Positions 8,971-17,468 of a stretch of 45,769 bases of DNA are shown here, in pieces. The translations under genes and the position numbers were made by a program. The notes beneath the pieces are model-generated. The model was not told the origin of the DNA and did no database searches. It saw only the letters and a program-made list of their open reading frames with translations. Positions within the stretch are counted from its first letter, which is position 1. The number at the start of each line of letters is the position of its first letter. Origin of the DNA: Dehalococcoidia bacterium UBA3088 (GTDB taxonomy: Bacteria; Chloroflexota; Dehalococcoidia; UBA2247; UBA3088); contig DFBE01000066.1 in NCBI GenBank assembly GCA_002367275.1, forward strand, positions 1 to 45,769. Direction: 5' to 3'.

Positions 8971-9420
8971 ATGTATAGGTCTAACAGGAGATGGAAAGAG
9001 AAGGACGAGCTTTTTAGCCCCGCGTGGCTTGAGGAGCTTTTTAGCCTGCAGCCAGATGGTGAGCAAAGTCCCAAGCTGGATCCCCCCCTGCCTGAGGAAA
9101 CAAAGGACCCACAGCAGGAATACTGTGACCTTGTGCAAAGGACCCAGACCGATTTCATCAACTACAAGCATCGTGTGGAGCGGGAGAGGGAAGAACAGAC
9201 AAAGTTTGCCCACCGGGAACTCATCCTGAAGCTTCTTCCTGTTCTGGATGACTTGGAGCGTGCCCTGGGAGACATACCCAGAGAGGTGGCCGACGACAAT
9301 TGGGTGAAAGGCGTAAGTTTAATCCAGCGGAAATTGACAGCCATTCTGGAGGAAGAGGGTGTAAACAGGATCGATGCCCAAGGGGTGGAGGTCACACTGA
9401 AGGGTCGGAAGGCACGGTAG
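8971..9420 (+). CDS. grpE: GrpE nucleotide-exchange factor, C-terminally truncated
   Basis: Long-helix and four-helix-bundle region recognisable (DFINYKHRVEREREE...LLPVLDDLERAL...WVKGVSLIQRKL). The ORF ends right after RIDAQG, where the beta-domain (FDPxxHEA...) should begin. The next gene starts 35 nt later. Confidence 0.7.
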   Translation: MYRSNRRWKEKDELFSPAWLEELFSLQPDGEQSPKLDPPLPEETKDPQQEYCDLVQRTQTDFINYKHRVEREREEQTKFAHRELILKLLPVLDDLERALGDIPREVADDNWVKGVSLIQRKLTAILEEEGVNRIDAQGVEVTLKGRKAR

Positions 9421-9454
9421 AAGGCGAATTCCGGGAGGTATAAGAGCGGTAACC

Positions 9455-10432
9455 ATGGAATACAAGGACTATTATAAGACCATGGGCGTGGATAAGAACG
9501 CCACTCAAGAGGAAATAAAGAAGGCCTATCGTCGGATGGCACGGCAGTACCATCCTGATGTCAACCCGGGTAACAAGGAGACTGAAGCCAGGTTCAAAGA
9601 AATAAATGAGGCCTACGAGGTTCTGGGCAATGCCGAGAAACGCCAGAAGTATGACCAACTCGGAGCTAACTGGGAGCGATATGATGAGTGGCAGCAGGCC
9701 GGTGGTAAACCCCAAAACCAACCCTTTAATGGGAGCCAGTTTTGGTTCCGGCCTAATGGAAGCCGGGAGGCTCACTATCGAACCATGACCGAGGAAGAAA
9801 TGCAAGACCTCTTCGGACCGTCCGGTGGCTTTTCCGACCTCTTCTATACCTTCTTTGGCGCTCCCCAGAGCGAGGCTCGCAGGCAATATCGCCTCCTGCC
9901 TCAGAAAGGTGTGGATATGGAACAGGCGGTGGAGATAGCGCTGGAGGAGGCTTTTAACGGTACCGCCAGGATCATCGATATGAGCAATGGCAATGGTGCC
10001 ACCAAAACTATCGAGGCTAAAATTCCCCCGGGGGTGGAGGATGGATCGCGGGTCAGGCTCACCGGTCAGGGAGGATCGGGCATCGGGGGAGGTCCGGCAG
10101 GTGACCTTTACCTGGTCACAAAGGTTAAATCACATCCCATGTTTGAGCGAAAAGGGGATGATCTCTACGCCCAAATTTCGGTGCCACTGACGGTAGCAGT
10201 TTTGGGGGGCGAGGTTGACGTGCCTACCCTGAATAGCAGAGTGAAACTCAATATTCCGCCGGAGACGCAGAACGGAAAGGTCATCCGCCTTCGGGGTAAA
10301 GGCATGCCCAAGATTAAGCATCCCGAGAGCAAAGGACATTTATATGTCGAAGCCAAGGTGGTCCTGCCACAGAGGCTTTCAGATAGGGAGCGTGAGATAT
10401 TTCAGGAATTGGCTAAACTGAGGAAAAATTAG
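9455..10432 (+). CDS. DnaJ-class co-chaperone without zinc finger (CbpA-like, type II)
   Basis: J-domain DYYKTMGV...YHPDVN...KEINEAYEVLGNAEKRQKYDQ. No CxxCxGxG repeats. C-terminal substrate-binding beta domains are present. Confidence 0.88.
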   Translation: MEYKDYYKTMGVDKNATQEEIKKAYRRMARQYHPDVNPGNKETEARFKEINEAYEVLGNAEKRQKYDQLGANWERYDEWQQAGGKPQNQPFNGSQFWFRPNGSREAHYRTMTEEEMQDLFGPSGGFSDLFYTFFGAPQSEARRQYRLLPQKGVDMEQAVEIALEEAFNGTARIIDMSNGNGATKTIEAKIPPGVEDGSRVRLTGQGGSGIGGGPAGDLYLVTKVKSHPMFERKGDDLYAQISVPLTVAVLGGEVDVPTLNSRVKLNIPPETQNGKVIRLRGKGMPKIKHPESKGHLYVEAKVVLPQRLSDREREIFQELAKLRKN

Positions 10433-10481
10433 CATGTAGGCAGGCTTTACCCTTGCCCAAAACTAAACAAAGGAGTGTGAA

Positions 10482-11003
10482 ATGAAGGTTGAGGTCTATA
10501 CCACACCAACTTGCGGCTATTGCCACCAGGCCAAGAGATTTCTCTCTGAACGGGGAGTAAATTTTACTGAGCATGATGTCTCCCGTGATAGGGAAGCAGG
10601 CGAGGAAATGGTTCGTCGGACAGGGCAGATGGGTGTGCCGGTCATCATCATTGATGGTGAGGTAGTGGTGGGATTTGACCGCCCAGGGCTGGAGAGCCTG
10701 CTTGCCAAAAACGGTAGTGGGCAACATCCCCGCTTGGGGGTGAAGGTAGCTGATGCTAGCAAGGTAGCTCAGAAGTTTGGCCTTGCTCCAGTGTTCGGAG
10801 CGCTGGTGGGTAAGGTTGGATCTTCATCTCTAGGAGAGAAAGCAGGTCTCCGGCAAGGCGACATTATCACTGAGGTCAACTTACGGCCCATTCACAATGC
10901 AGAGGACCTGGAAAATGCCCTCTCAGCACTAACCGTGGGCAGCCGAGTGGTGATAATCTTCCTTAGAGGACAAGAGACCTTGAAATCCGAGATTGTCGCT
11001 TAG
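10482..11003 (+). CDS. Glutaredoxin-like (CGYC) protein fused to a PDZ domain
   Basis: N-terminal VEVYTTPTCGYCHQAKRFL...GVPVIIIDGEVVVGF (glutaredoxin/NrdH fold). C-terminal GEKAGLRQGDIITEVNLRPIHNAEDL (PDZ signature). Confidence 0.8.
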   Translation: MKVEVYTTPTCGYCHQAKRFLSERGVNFTEHDVSRDREAGEEMVRRTGQMGVPVIIIDGEVVVGFDRPGLESLLAKNGSGQHPRLGVKVADASKVAQKFGLAPVFGALVGKVGSSSLGEKAGLRQGDIITEVNLRPIHNAEDLENALSALTVGSRVVIIFLRGQETLKSEIVA

Positions 11004-11533
11004 CATATGGCCTAGAAAGAGCATATTCAGCCAGCAGAAGCATTGAGAGTTGAGTCATGCCAACCGCTACCCCCACAAGAGAGGTAACTTGTCTCTACCT
11101 GACCCCACAGAGCCAGGCGAGACTTCAGGGGCCGTTGACTGAGGCCCCAGCTTCTCCAAATCTTGTCTGGAGAGGCATTTTGCAGGAGGTTAATCCTGAC
11201 GCTGAGGATTTTACAGACTCAACGATTCCTGAGTCCAACCCTATATCTTCAGTTATTAAAGAGCAAAACTGTTTTCTCCCGAAGGAGTGCCTTAGCTCTA
11301 TTAGAAGTATACCACAAAAGGAGGCAATGGCGCATTCCTTCACCAGCACAAGGCTGGTGGTACCCTGCGCCCAATTTAATGGAAAAAGGGGGAATGCATT
11401 TGGCTAGCAAACGCATTGAGAGTAAAATCGAAGAAATGATTTCTAACATTGACCGTGTTCCGATGTATGACGAATTAGCAGATCAAGTACCGATAGAGTT
11501 GAGCAGTAGCAAAAAACCGGAGGTCAGATCCAG

Positions 11534-12379
11534 ATGAGAATACCTTGCAGTGCGGATGAAGTGCGAAGGCTCAGTCCTGAAGAGATGAGGGCTATCTTAG
11601 ACACAGATAAGCAGGGCGATTACATTCTTCTAGATGTGAGGCAGCCTGAGGAGTACGAAGCAGGATACATTCCCGGAGCTATACTTATTCCGCTGGGGGA
11701 ATTGGAGGCCAGGCAAGAAGAACTGGATCAGAGTAAGAAGATCATCGCTTACTGCCGCTCCGGGCATAGAAGCATGGCAGCAGCCATGACCTTGTGTGGT
11801 CTGGGATTCAAAGATATCCACCATCTTGAAGGTGGTATTATTAACTGGCACTATGAGACTATTCCTGGAATGCCTGAAGAGAGGCCTGAGTTAATTGCCA
11901 GGACAACTGATGTAAGGGATATTCTCATGCTGGCCATAAAACTGGAGAAGGATTCCTGGGATTTTTATATGGCAGCAAAAGACAAAGCTAGTCTACCCAG
12001 GGTTAGGGAAACGCTTCAGATGCTGGCTGATGTCGAAGATGACCATATGCAAAGGCTGTATGAGTGTACTGCCAATCTGGTCGGTGAGAAGGCACTTCCA
12101 CCTTTGGAGAAGCTTAAGCTAGAACTCAGGGTGGAACATATGGAAGGTGGCATCGAGATTAGCCCTGCCCTGGCCAAAGTGGAGGAATTCGCCGGTGAGA
12201 TGGAGGCGTTGGAGATAGCGTTGGAAAGGGAATTCATGTCGTATGACTTCTACAAGCGGTCATCAATGTTGGTGGGTAACCCGAATGTCAAAACCCTCCT
12301 TTATGAGTTAGCCCTGGAAGAACGGAATCATGCCGATACTCTGCTTAAGCGAGTGTCAGAAATTGTTCAGAAACGATAA
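11534..12379 (+). CDS. Rhodanese domain fused to a diiron ferritin-like (rubrerythrin-type) domain
   Basis: LLDVRQPEEYEAGYIPGA...YCRSGHRS rhodanese loop. This is followed by two helix pairs with E...ExxH (KLEKDS...VEDDHMQ; LEREF...EERNHAD). Confidence 0.8.
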   Translation: MRIPCSADEVRRLSPEEMRAILDTDKQGDYILLDVRQPEEYEAGYIPGAILIPLGELEARQEELDQSKKIIAYCRSGHRSMAAAMTLCGLGFKDIHHLEGGIINWHYETIPGMPEERPELIARTTDVRDILMLAIKLEKDSWDFYMAAKDKASLPRVRETLQMLADVEDDHMQRLYECTANLVGEKALPPLEKLKLELRVEHMEGGIEISPALAKVEEFAGEMEALEIALEREFMSYDFYKRSSMLVGNPNVKTLLYELALEERNHADTLLKRVSEIVQKR

Positions 12380-12398
12380 CTGAGAAGGGAGGATTCGG

Positions 12399-13769
12399 GT
12401 GATTTTTGAGCGCATAAAATCAGAGGGAATAGCCCACAATTCTTACTTAATCGGGTCGGAGAACGATGCTGCTGTGATCGACCCGCGGCGCGATTGCCAG
12501 ATTTACGTCGACCTGGCACAGCAGAAGGGCTTGAAAATTAAGTATATCTTCGAGACCCACCGTAATGAAGACTATGTCATAGGCTCCATAGAACTGAACC
12601 ATATAACCGGAGCCGAGATATACCACGGGCCTGGGCTGGACTGGAAGTACGGTAACACGTTGAAAGACGGACGGGAATTCCGGATCGGCAATCTCAGGTT
12701 AACTGCTATCCATACCCCAGGACACACCGGTGAGAGCATGTCCTATGCTGTAGCCGATCTCTCCTCAGGTGAAGTTACAGTAATGGCATTTACCGGGGAT
12801 GCGCTATTCGTGGGTGATGTTGGGCGAACTGATTTTTATGGTCCCCAGGAGACGCCCAGGTTGGCCTCAAATCTGTATGACAGCATCTTCCATAAGCTCC
12901 TTCCCCTGGGGGATGGGGTTATTCTGTGTCCAGCCCATGGTGCAGGCTCGGTATGTGGCATGAACATTGCCGACCGAGATGAAAGTACCCTGGGCATAGA
13001 AAGGGCGCAAAATCCGATGCTCCAGAAGAGTAGAGAGGAGTTTATACAATACAAGGTGGCTGAAGAGTTAGAAAGGGCTCCTTACTTTCGCCAGATGGAG
13101 AAGTATAATCTGGAAGGCCCTCCCCTCCTGAAGCATCTGCCTATTCCAGCTCCGCTCACTCCTAGCGAGTTCAGTAAGGAGATGGAGCGGGGGACGGTGG
13201 TCGTTGATACCAATCTGCCGGCCGCCTTTGGTGGTGCCCACATCAAATGTTCCTACAGCGTTTGGCTGGAAGGATTACCTGTTTTCGCGGGGTGGGTATT
13301 ATCTTACGATAAGCCCATCCTACTGGTGTTAGAGGACCAGTCTCATCTGGAAAAGGCCGTCCGATACCTGATCCGTGCTGGCTACGATCAGATTTCGGGC
13401 TACCTCAAAGACGGCATGGAGAGCTGGTACAATGCTGGACTTCCTACTGAGCACCTGCAACTTTTGACGGTGCAGGAGTTAAAATCCAGAGTGGATCACG
13501 GCGATGAATTGACTATATTGGATGATAGAGGGCAGGATGAGTGGAATGAAGGACACATAAAAGGTGCTAAGCATATATATGTGGGACATCTTAAGGAGAG
13601 AATGACTGAAATTCCCCAGGACAAACCAGTAGCATTAGTCTGCAATGTGGGGCATCGCGCCAGCCTTGGTGCCAGCATTCTGCTCCGAGAAGGCTGCCAG
13701 GAGGTATACAATGTCTTGGGAAGTATGACAGCCTGGGAGTCTGCTGGTTATCCTATCTCCACTGAATAG
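12399..13769 (+). CDS. Metallo-beta-lactamase-fold protein with two C-terminal rhodanese domains (CstB-like persulfide dioxygenase-sulfurtransferase architecture)
   Basis: GTG start with GGGAGG Shine-Dalgarno. HTPGHTGES, GDALFVGDVGRTDF and CPAHGAGSVCG are MBL motifs. The middle rhodanese-like domain has no Cys loop. The terminal rhodanese carries VCNVGHRA. Confidence 0.82.
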   Translation: MIFERIKSEGIAHNSYLIGSENDAAVIDPRRDCQIYVDLAQQKGLKIKYIFETHRNEDYVIGSIELNHITGAEIYHGPGLDWKYGNTLKDGREFRIGNLRLTAIHTPGHTGESMSYAVADLSSGEVTVMAFTGDALFVGDVGRTDFYGPQETPRLASNLYDSIFHKLLPLGDGVILCPAHGAGSVCGMNIADRDESTLGIERAQNPMLQKSREEFIQYKVAEELERAPYFRQMEKYNLEGPPLLKHLPIPAPLTPSEFSKEMERGTVVVDTNLPAAFGGAHIKCSYSVWLEGLPVFAGWVLSYDKPILLVLEDQSHLEKAVRYLIRAGYDQISGYLKDGMESWYNAGLPTEHLQLLTVQELKSRVDHGDELTILDDRGQDEWNEGHIKGAKHIYVGHLKERMTEIPQDKPVALVCNVGHRASLGASILLREGCQEVYNVLGSMTAWESAGYPISTE

Positions 13770-13950
13770 CAAGCTACGGAGATAAAAGTGTTGTTATAAC
13801 CAAGTGCTCTTCGTACAAGATCATCAAATGGCCTTACAGGAGAGCCAGCCTGCAAGGAAGGTTTCAAGCAACCCGATTGCTGTAGGGTAGCTGAGGTTTA
13901 TAAAGTGTGATCGCTGGTAGCCAGGTTTAGCCAGCGATAGGAGGTGCTAA

Positions 13951-15480
13951 ATGGGGTTAAATTTCAACCTGATGGTGGGGGGTGAAGCGGGGCAAGGAGT
14001 ACAATCGATAGGCTTTATCCTGGCCAAAGCTTTTACCCGAGGAGGTTTTCATGTCTTTGCTGATCAAGATTATGAGTCTAGGGTAAGAGGTGGCCACAAC
14101 TTCTTTAGGGTCCGCATCAGCAACAGCAAGTTAGAGGCCATTTCCGAGTCAGTTGATATTTTGCTTGCACTAAATCAAGAAAGCGTAGATCTTCATCGTG
14201 GGAGATTGGCCCGGGAAGGGATGATGGTCTTTGATCAAGGGAGGGTTAAAGATATCAGCGGCGACAATTTCTTTGCTGTGCCCATGGCGGATCTGGCTGA
14301 GGAAAAGGTTGGTAATAAGCTGATGGCTAACACAGTCGCCCTGGGTGTGGTCTTGAGGTTAGTGGGCTATGATTTTAAAATCGCTGCCGATGTCTTGCGA
14401 GAGCAGTTTGGCGCTGTTGGAGCAGGCGAGGATAATGTCAGGGCGGCAGCGGCGGGCTATGAATACGCCACGAGCAACCTTAAGGGAAGCTTGGGGTGGA
14501 GCCTTAACCCCATAGATAGCAGAAAAAGAATGCTGATAAATGGCAACGAGGCTATAGCTTTAGGAGCTGTGGCTGCCGGGTGCACGTTCATGGCTGCCTA
14601 CCCTATGACTCCCTCCACATCTATAATGGAATACATGGCGGACAAGTCCAGGGAGACAGGCTTGGTGGTCATACAACCCGAGGATGAGATCGCAGCCATA
14701 AATATGGTGATCGGAGCTGCCTTTGCCGGAGCACGAGCCATGACTGCTACCTCAGGAGGCGGATTCTGTCTCATGGTGGAGGGGTTAGGGTTAGCCGGCA
14801 TGACAGAGACACCCATTGTGGTGGTAGTTGGGCAGCGTCCTGGCCCGGCTATTGGTCTACCCACAAGGACAGAGCAGAGTGATCTTCAGTTTGCTATTTA
14901 TGCCTCCCACGGAGAGTTTCCGCGAGCTGTTTTGGCCCCGGCCAATATTGAACATGCCTTCTGGCTAACGGTTAAGGCTTTCAACCTTGCCGAGAAATAT
15001 CAGTTACCTGTCATACTGCTAACTGACCAGCATCTGGCCAGCTCTTATTCTACAGTGGACAGATTTGACCTCTCGAGGGTGAGCATCGATAGAGGGCTAC
15101 TAGTTTCGGAGAAGGACATAGTAAGTATAGGGAAATATCGGAGACATCAGATAACACCATCGGGCATATCCCCCAGGTCTCTGCCTCTTCAGGGGAATGT
15201 TTTAGTGGTAACCGATGCTGATGAACACAATGAGGAGGGACACCTCATCGAGGATGCATCTACCCGAACTCGAATGATGTTGAAACGCTTACACAAAGTA
15301 GAGGGGTTGCAAGCTGAGATCAACCCGCCCCGAATCTACGGGCCGCACAGGGCAGAGACTGCTCTTATGGGATGGGGCAGCACCTACGGAGCGCTGAAAG
15401 AGGCAGTGGATATCTTTACAGGGCGAGGGCTTGGATGTAAACCTCCTACACCTGAGCGAAATCTGGCCCTTTCCGGCTAA
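13951..15480 (+). CDS. korA: 2-oxoacid:ferredoxin oxidoreductase alpha subunit (gamma-alpha fused), main part; reading frame broken near 15415
   Basis: GGEAGQGVQSIG...DYESRVRGGHNF (gamma domain). YPMTPST and GFCLMVEGLGLAGMTETPIVV (alpha domain). The last ~20 residues of this ORF look non-native. Confidence 0.85.
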   Translation: MGLNFNLMVGGEAGQGVQSIGFILAKAFTRGGFHVFADQDYESRVRGGHNFFRVRISNSKLEAISESVDILLALNQESVDLHRGRLAREGMMVFDQGRVKDISGDNFFAVPMADLAEEKVGNKLMANTVALGVVLRLVGYDFKIAADVLREQFGAVGAGEDNVRAAAAGYEYATSNLKGSLGWSLNPIDSRKRMLINGNEAIALGAVAAGCTFMAAYPMTPSTSIMEYMADKSRETGLVVIQPEDEIAAINMVIGAAFAGARAMTATSGGGFCLMVEGLGLAGMTETPIVVVVGQRPGPAIGLPTRTEQSDLQFAIYASHGEFPRAVLAPANIEHAFWLTVKAFNLAEKYQLPVILLTDQHLASSYSTVDRFDLSRVSIDRGLLVSEKDIVSIGKYRRHQITPSGISPRSLPLQGNVLVVTDADEHNEEGHLIEDASTRTRMMLKRLHKVEGLQAEINPPRIYGPHRAETALMGWGSTYGALKEAVDIFTGRGLGCKPPTPERNLALSG

Positions 15481-15667
15481 GACAGTATGCGCCCTGCTTG
15501 ATGGGGTTAAGCAGAGCTTTGTGGTAGAGAATAATGCTACTGGGCAGCTAGCTCGTCTCATTCAGTCAGAGACAGGAAGGAGAGTTACGGGGAATATTCT
15601 AAAATTTGATGGGCGACCTTTCACCCCTGCTCTCATCATTGAAGAGTTTAAAAGAGAGGTGAGTTGA
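15431..15667 (+). CDS. korA: C-terminal fragment of the same korA gene, in the +1 frame
   Basis: LDVNLLHLSEIWPFP...FVVENNATGQLARLI...KFDGRPF is the canonical KorA C-terminal domain. It is contiguous with the upstream ORF if one T of the TTT run at 15415-15417 is removed. Confidence 0.8.
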   Translation: MDVNLLHLSEIWPFPAKTVCALLDGVKQSFVVENNATGQLARLIQSETGRRVTGNILKFDGRPFTPALIIEEFKREVS

Positions 15668-16521
15668 TCATGGTAAATATGGATGACTATACTGGAGGTA
15701 AACCAGCTTGGTGTCCGGGATGCGGCAATTTTGGTATTCTGGCTGCACTTAAGCAGGCTCTGGTTATACTCAATATCGAGCCGCGTCAGGTGTTAATGGT
15801 CTCTGGTATTGGACAGGCGGGCAAACTGCCCCACTATACCAAGGGTAACGTGCTTAACGTCCTTCACGGTCGGGCACTCCCGGCAGCCATTGGGGCTAAC
15901 ATGGTTAATCCTGAGCTTATAGTAATTGCAGTTGGTGGTGATGGCGATGGGTATGCAGAGGGCGGAAATCACTTTCTCAACGCTGCACGGCGCAACCACG
16001 ACATCACCTATCTAGTACACGACAATCAGATCTACAGTCTGACTAAGGGTCAAGCATCCCCCACCAGCGATTTTGGCTTTGTTAGCAAGACCACGCCTCA
16101 AGGAGCAGATATGCCGCTAAATCCGATTGCTTTGACTATAGCTGCTGGAGGTACTTTTGTTGCCCGAGGTTTTGCTGGAGACATACATCATCTAGCACAG
16201 CTTATCGTGCAGGGTATTCGACATCGCGGATTTGCCTTAATTGATGTGCTCCAGCCCTGTGTTTCCTTCAACCGTAAAAATACCTACGACTGGTATAGAG
16301 AAAGGGTATACAAACTGGAAGATGAAAAATATGACCCCGCAAACAGGCTGACTGCCTTTGAAAAAGCCCAAGAGTGGGGAGATAGGATACCTATTGGGGT
16401 GGTATATAATGAGGAAAGGATCACATATGAGGAAAGGATTCCTGCCTTGAGAGAAGGTCCTTTAGCCTGGCGTAAGCTTGACCCACTGAAAGCAGAAAGG
16501 TTGCTAGATGAGTTTACGTAA
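15664..16521 (+). CDS. korB: 2-oxoacid:ferredoxin oxidoreductase beta subunit (TPP-binding)
   Basis: WCPGCGNFGIL and GGDGDGYAEGGNHF TPP motif. The ATG at 15670 is a likely alternative start. Confidence 0.9.
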   Translation: MIMVNMDDYTGGKPAWCPGCGNFGILAALKQALVILNIEPRQVLMVSGIGQAGKLPHYTKGNVLNVLHGRALPAAIGANMVNPELIVIAVGGDGDGYAEGGNHFLNAARRNHDITYLVHDNQIYSLTKGQASPTSDFGFVSKTTPQGADMPLNPIALTIAAGGTFVARGFAGDIHHLAQLIVQGIRHRGFALIDVLQPCVSFNRKNTYDWYRERVYKLEDEKYDPANRLTAFEKAQEWGDRIPIGVVYNEERITYEERIPALREGPLAWRKLDPLKAERLLDEFT

Positions 16522-16535
16522 CCGGAGGTGATAGG

Positions 16536-17060
16536 ATGAGCTTAACTGGAAAACGGATTGTCATTCTGGTGGAAGAGGACTTCGAGGACTCTGAGCTTAC
16601 TGAACCAATGAGGGCAACGAAAGAGGCGGGAGCAGAAGTGGTTGTCGTGGGTAGTGGCTCAAAGAATACCTACCGGGGCAAAAAGAGGAAGGCAAAGGTT
16701 AGCGCCGATACCACTGCTAATAAGGTTGAGGCCGATAGTTTTGATGCTGTCATAATCCCCGGTGGATATGCTCCAGATAAAATGCGCCTTCACCAGAGCA
16801 TGGTAGACTTAGTTAAGAAGGCACATGATCAGGGTAAGGTTGTGGCTGCCATTTGCCATGGGCCCCAGCTTCTTATCTCGGCAAATATGGTGAGAGGTCG
16901 CAGGGTTACTTCCTGGGCTTCAGTAGCGGTGGACCTTAAGAATGCTGGTGCTATCTGGATTGATAAGCCAGTGATAAGAGATGGGAACCTTATCACGTCG
17001 CGAAAACCAGCTGACCTGGACGAATTTAACCAGGAGATAATCAAAGCTCTCGGCGGCTAG
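16536..17060 (+). CDS. DJ-1/PfpI family protein (type 1 glutamine amidotransferase-like)
   Basis: Nucleophile elbow AAICHGPQLL and VIIPGGYAP. GGAGGTG Shine-Dalgarno. Confidence 0.88.
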   Translation: MSLTGKRIVILVEEDFEDSELTEPMRATKEAGAEVVVVGSGSKNTYRGKKRKAKVSADTTANKVEADSFDAVIIPGGYAPDKMRLHQSMVDLVKKAHDQGKVVAAICHGPQLLISANMVRGRRVTSWASVAVDLKNAGAIWIDKPVIRDGNLITSRKPADLDEFNQEIIKALGG

Positions 17061-17140
17061 AAGGGTAATCTCAAATGAGGTCAGTAAGTCACGTGTAGTT
17101 TACCCTTAATGTTAAACCAATAGTTTGTGGGGGGCATAGA

Positions 17141-17455
17141 ATGAAGGAAAGTTTTAAGGCTACCCTCGAGGTAAATAATGTATCCGTCGAGCTTAATCCT
17201 TTCGTTGAGGAGTTCCTGGCCCGGACGGTGATCGGTGCTGCTTCCTCACTGAGGGGGGCGGGTAACATCGAGAGCCTGGAGTTTTATCTGGAGCAGGGTA
17301 ATGTCAGAGTCATCGTCAATGGTAATGAACTCCCCCTTACTCCCTTCCCCAACGACATTATTGCCAACACTTTGGTTGGCTTGATCTCTTCGCTGAAAGG
17401 GGTAGATAAAGTAGAGAGTTTCAAAGTTAGCGTCCGCGTAAGTTCTCCTCTCTGA
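17141..17455 (+). CDS. Hypothetical protein (104 aa) with internal two-fold repeat
   Basis: [21 protein letters not shown] and [21 protein letters not shown] are clearly related halves. No family recognised. Confidence 0.5.
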   Translation: MKESFKATLEVNNVSVELNPFVEEFLARTVIGAASSLRGAGNIESLEFYLEQGNVRVIVNGNELPLTPFPNDIIANTLVGLISSLKGVDKVESFKVSVRVSSPL

Positions 17456-17468
17456 TTATAACCATCTT

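Noticed and set aside
11057-11407. 116-aa and 124-aa track ORFs (11057..11407, 11163..11537) as real genes.
   Set aside because: They overlap in different frames, have no RBS at the proposed starts, and have biased non-protein-like composition. Only the 3' tail of the second is kept as a low-confidence small-ORF candidate.
13910-13938. 8-bp hairpin ATCGCTGG-n13-CCAGCGAT immediately upstream of the korA Shine-Dalgarno, considered as a riboswitch or attenuator.
   Set aside because: It is a single short stem with no alternative pairing, no U-tract and no recognisable aptamer core. That is not enough to call a regulatory element.
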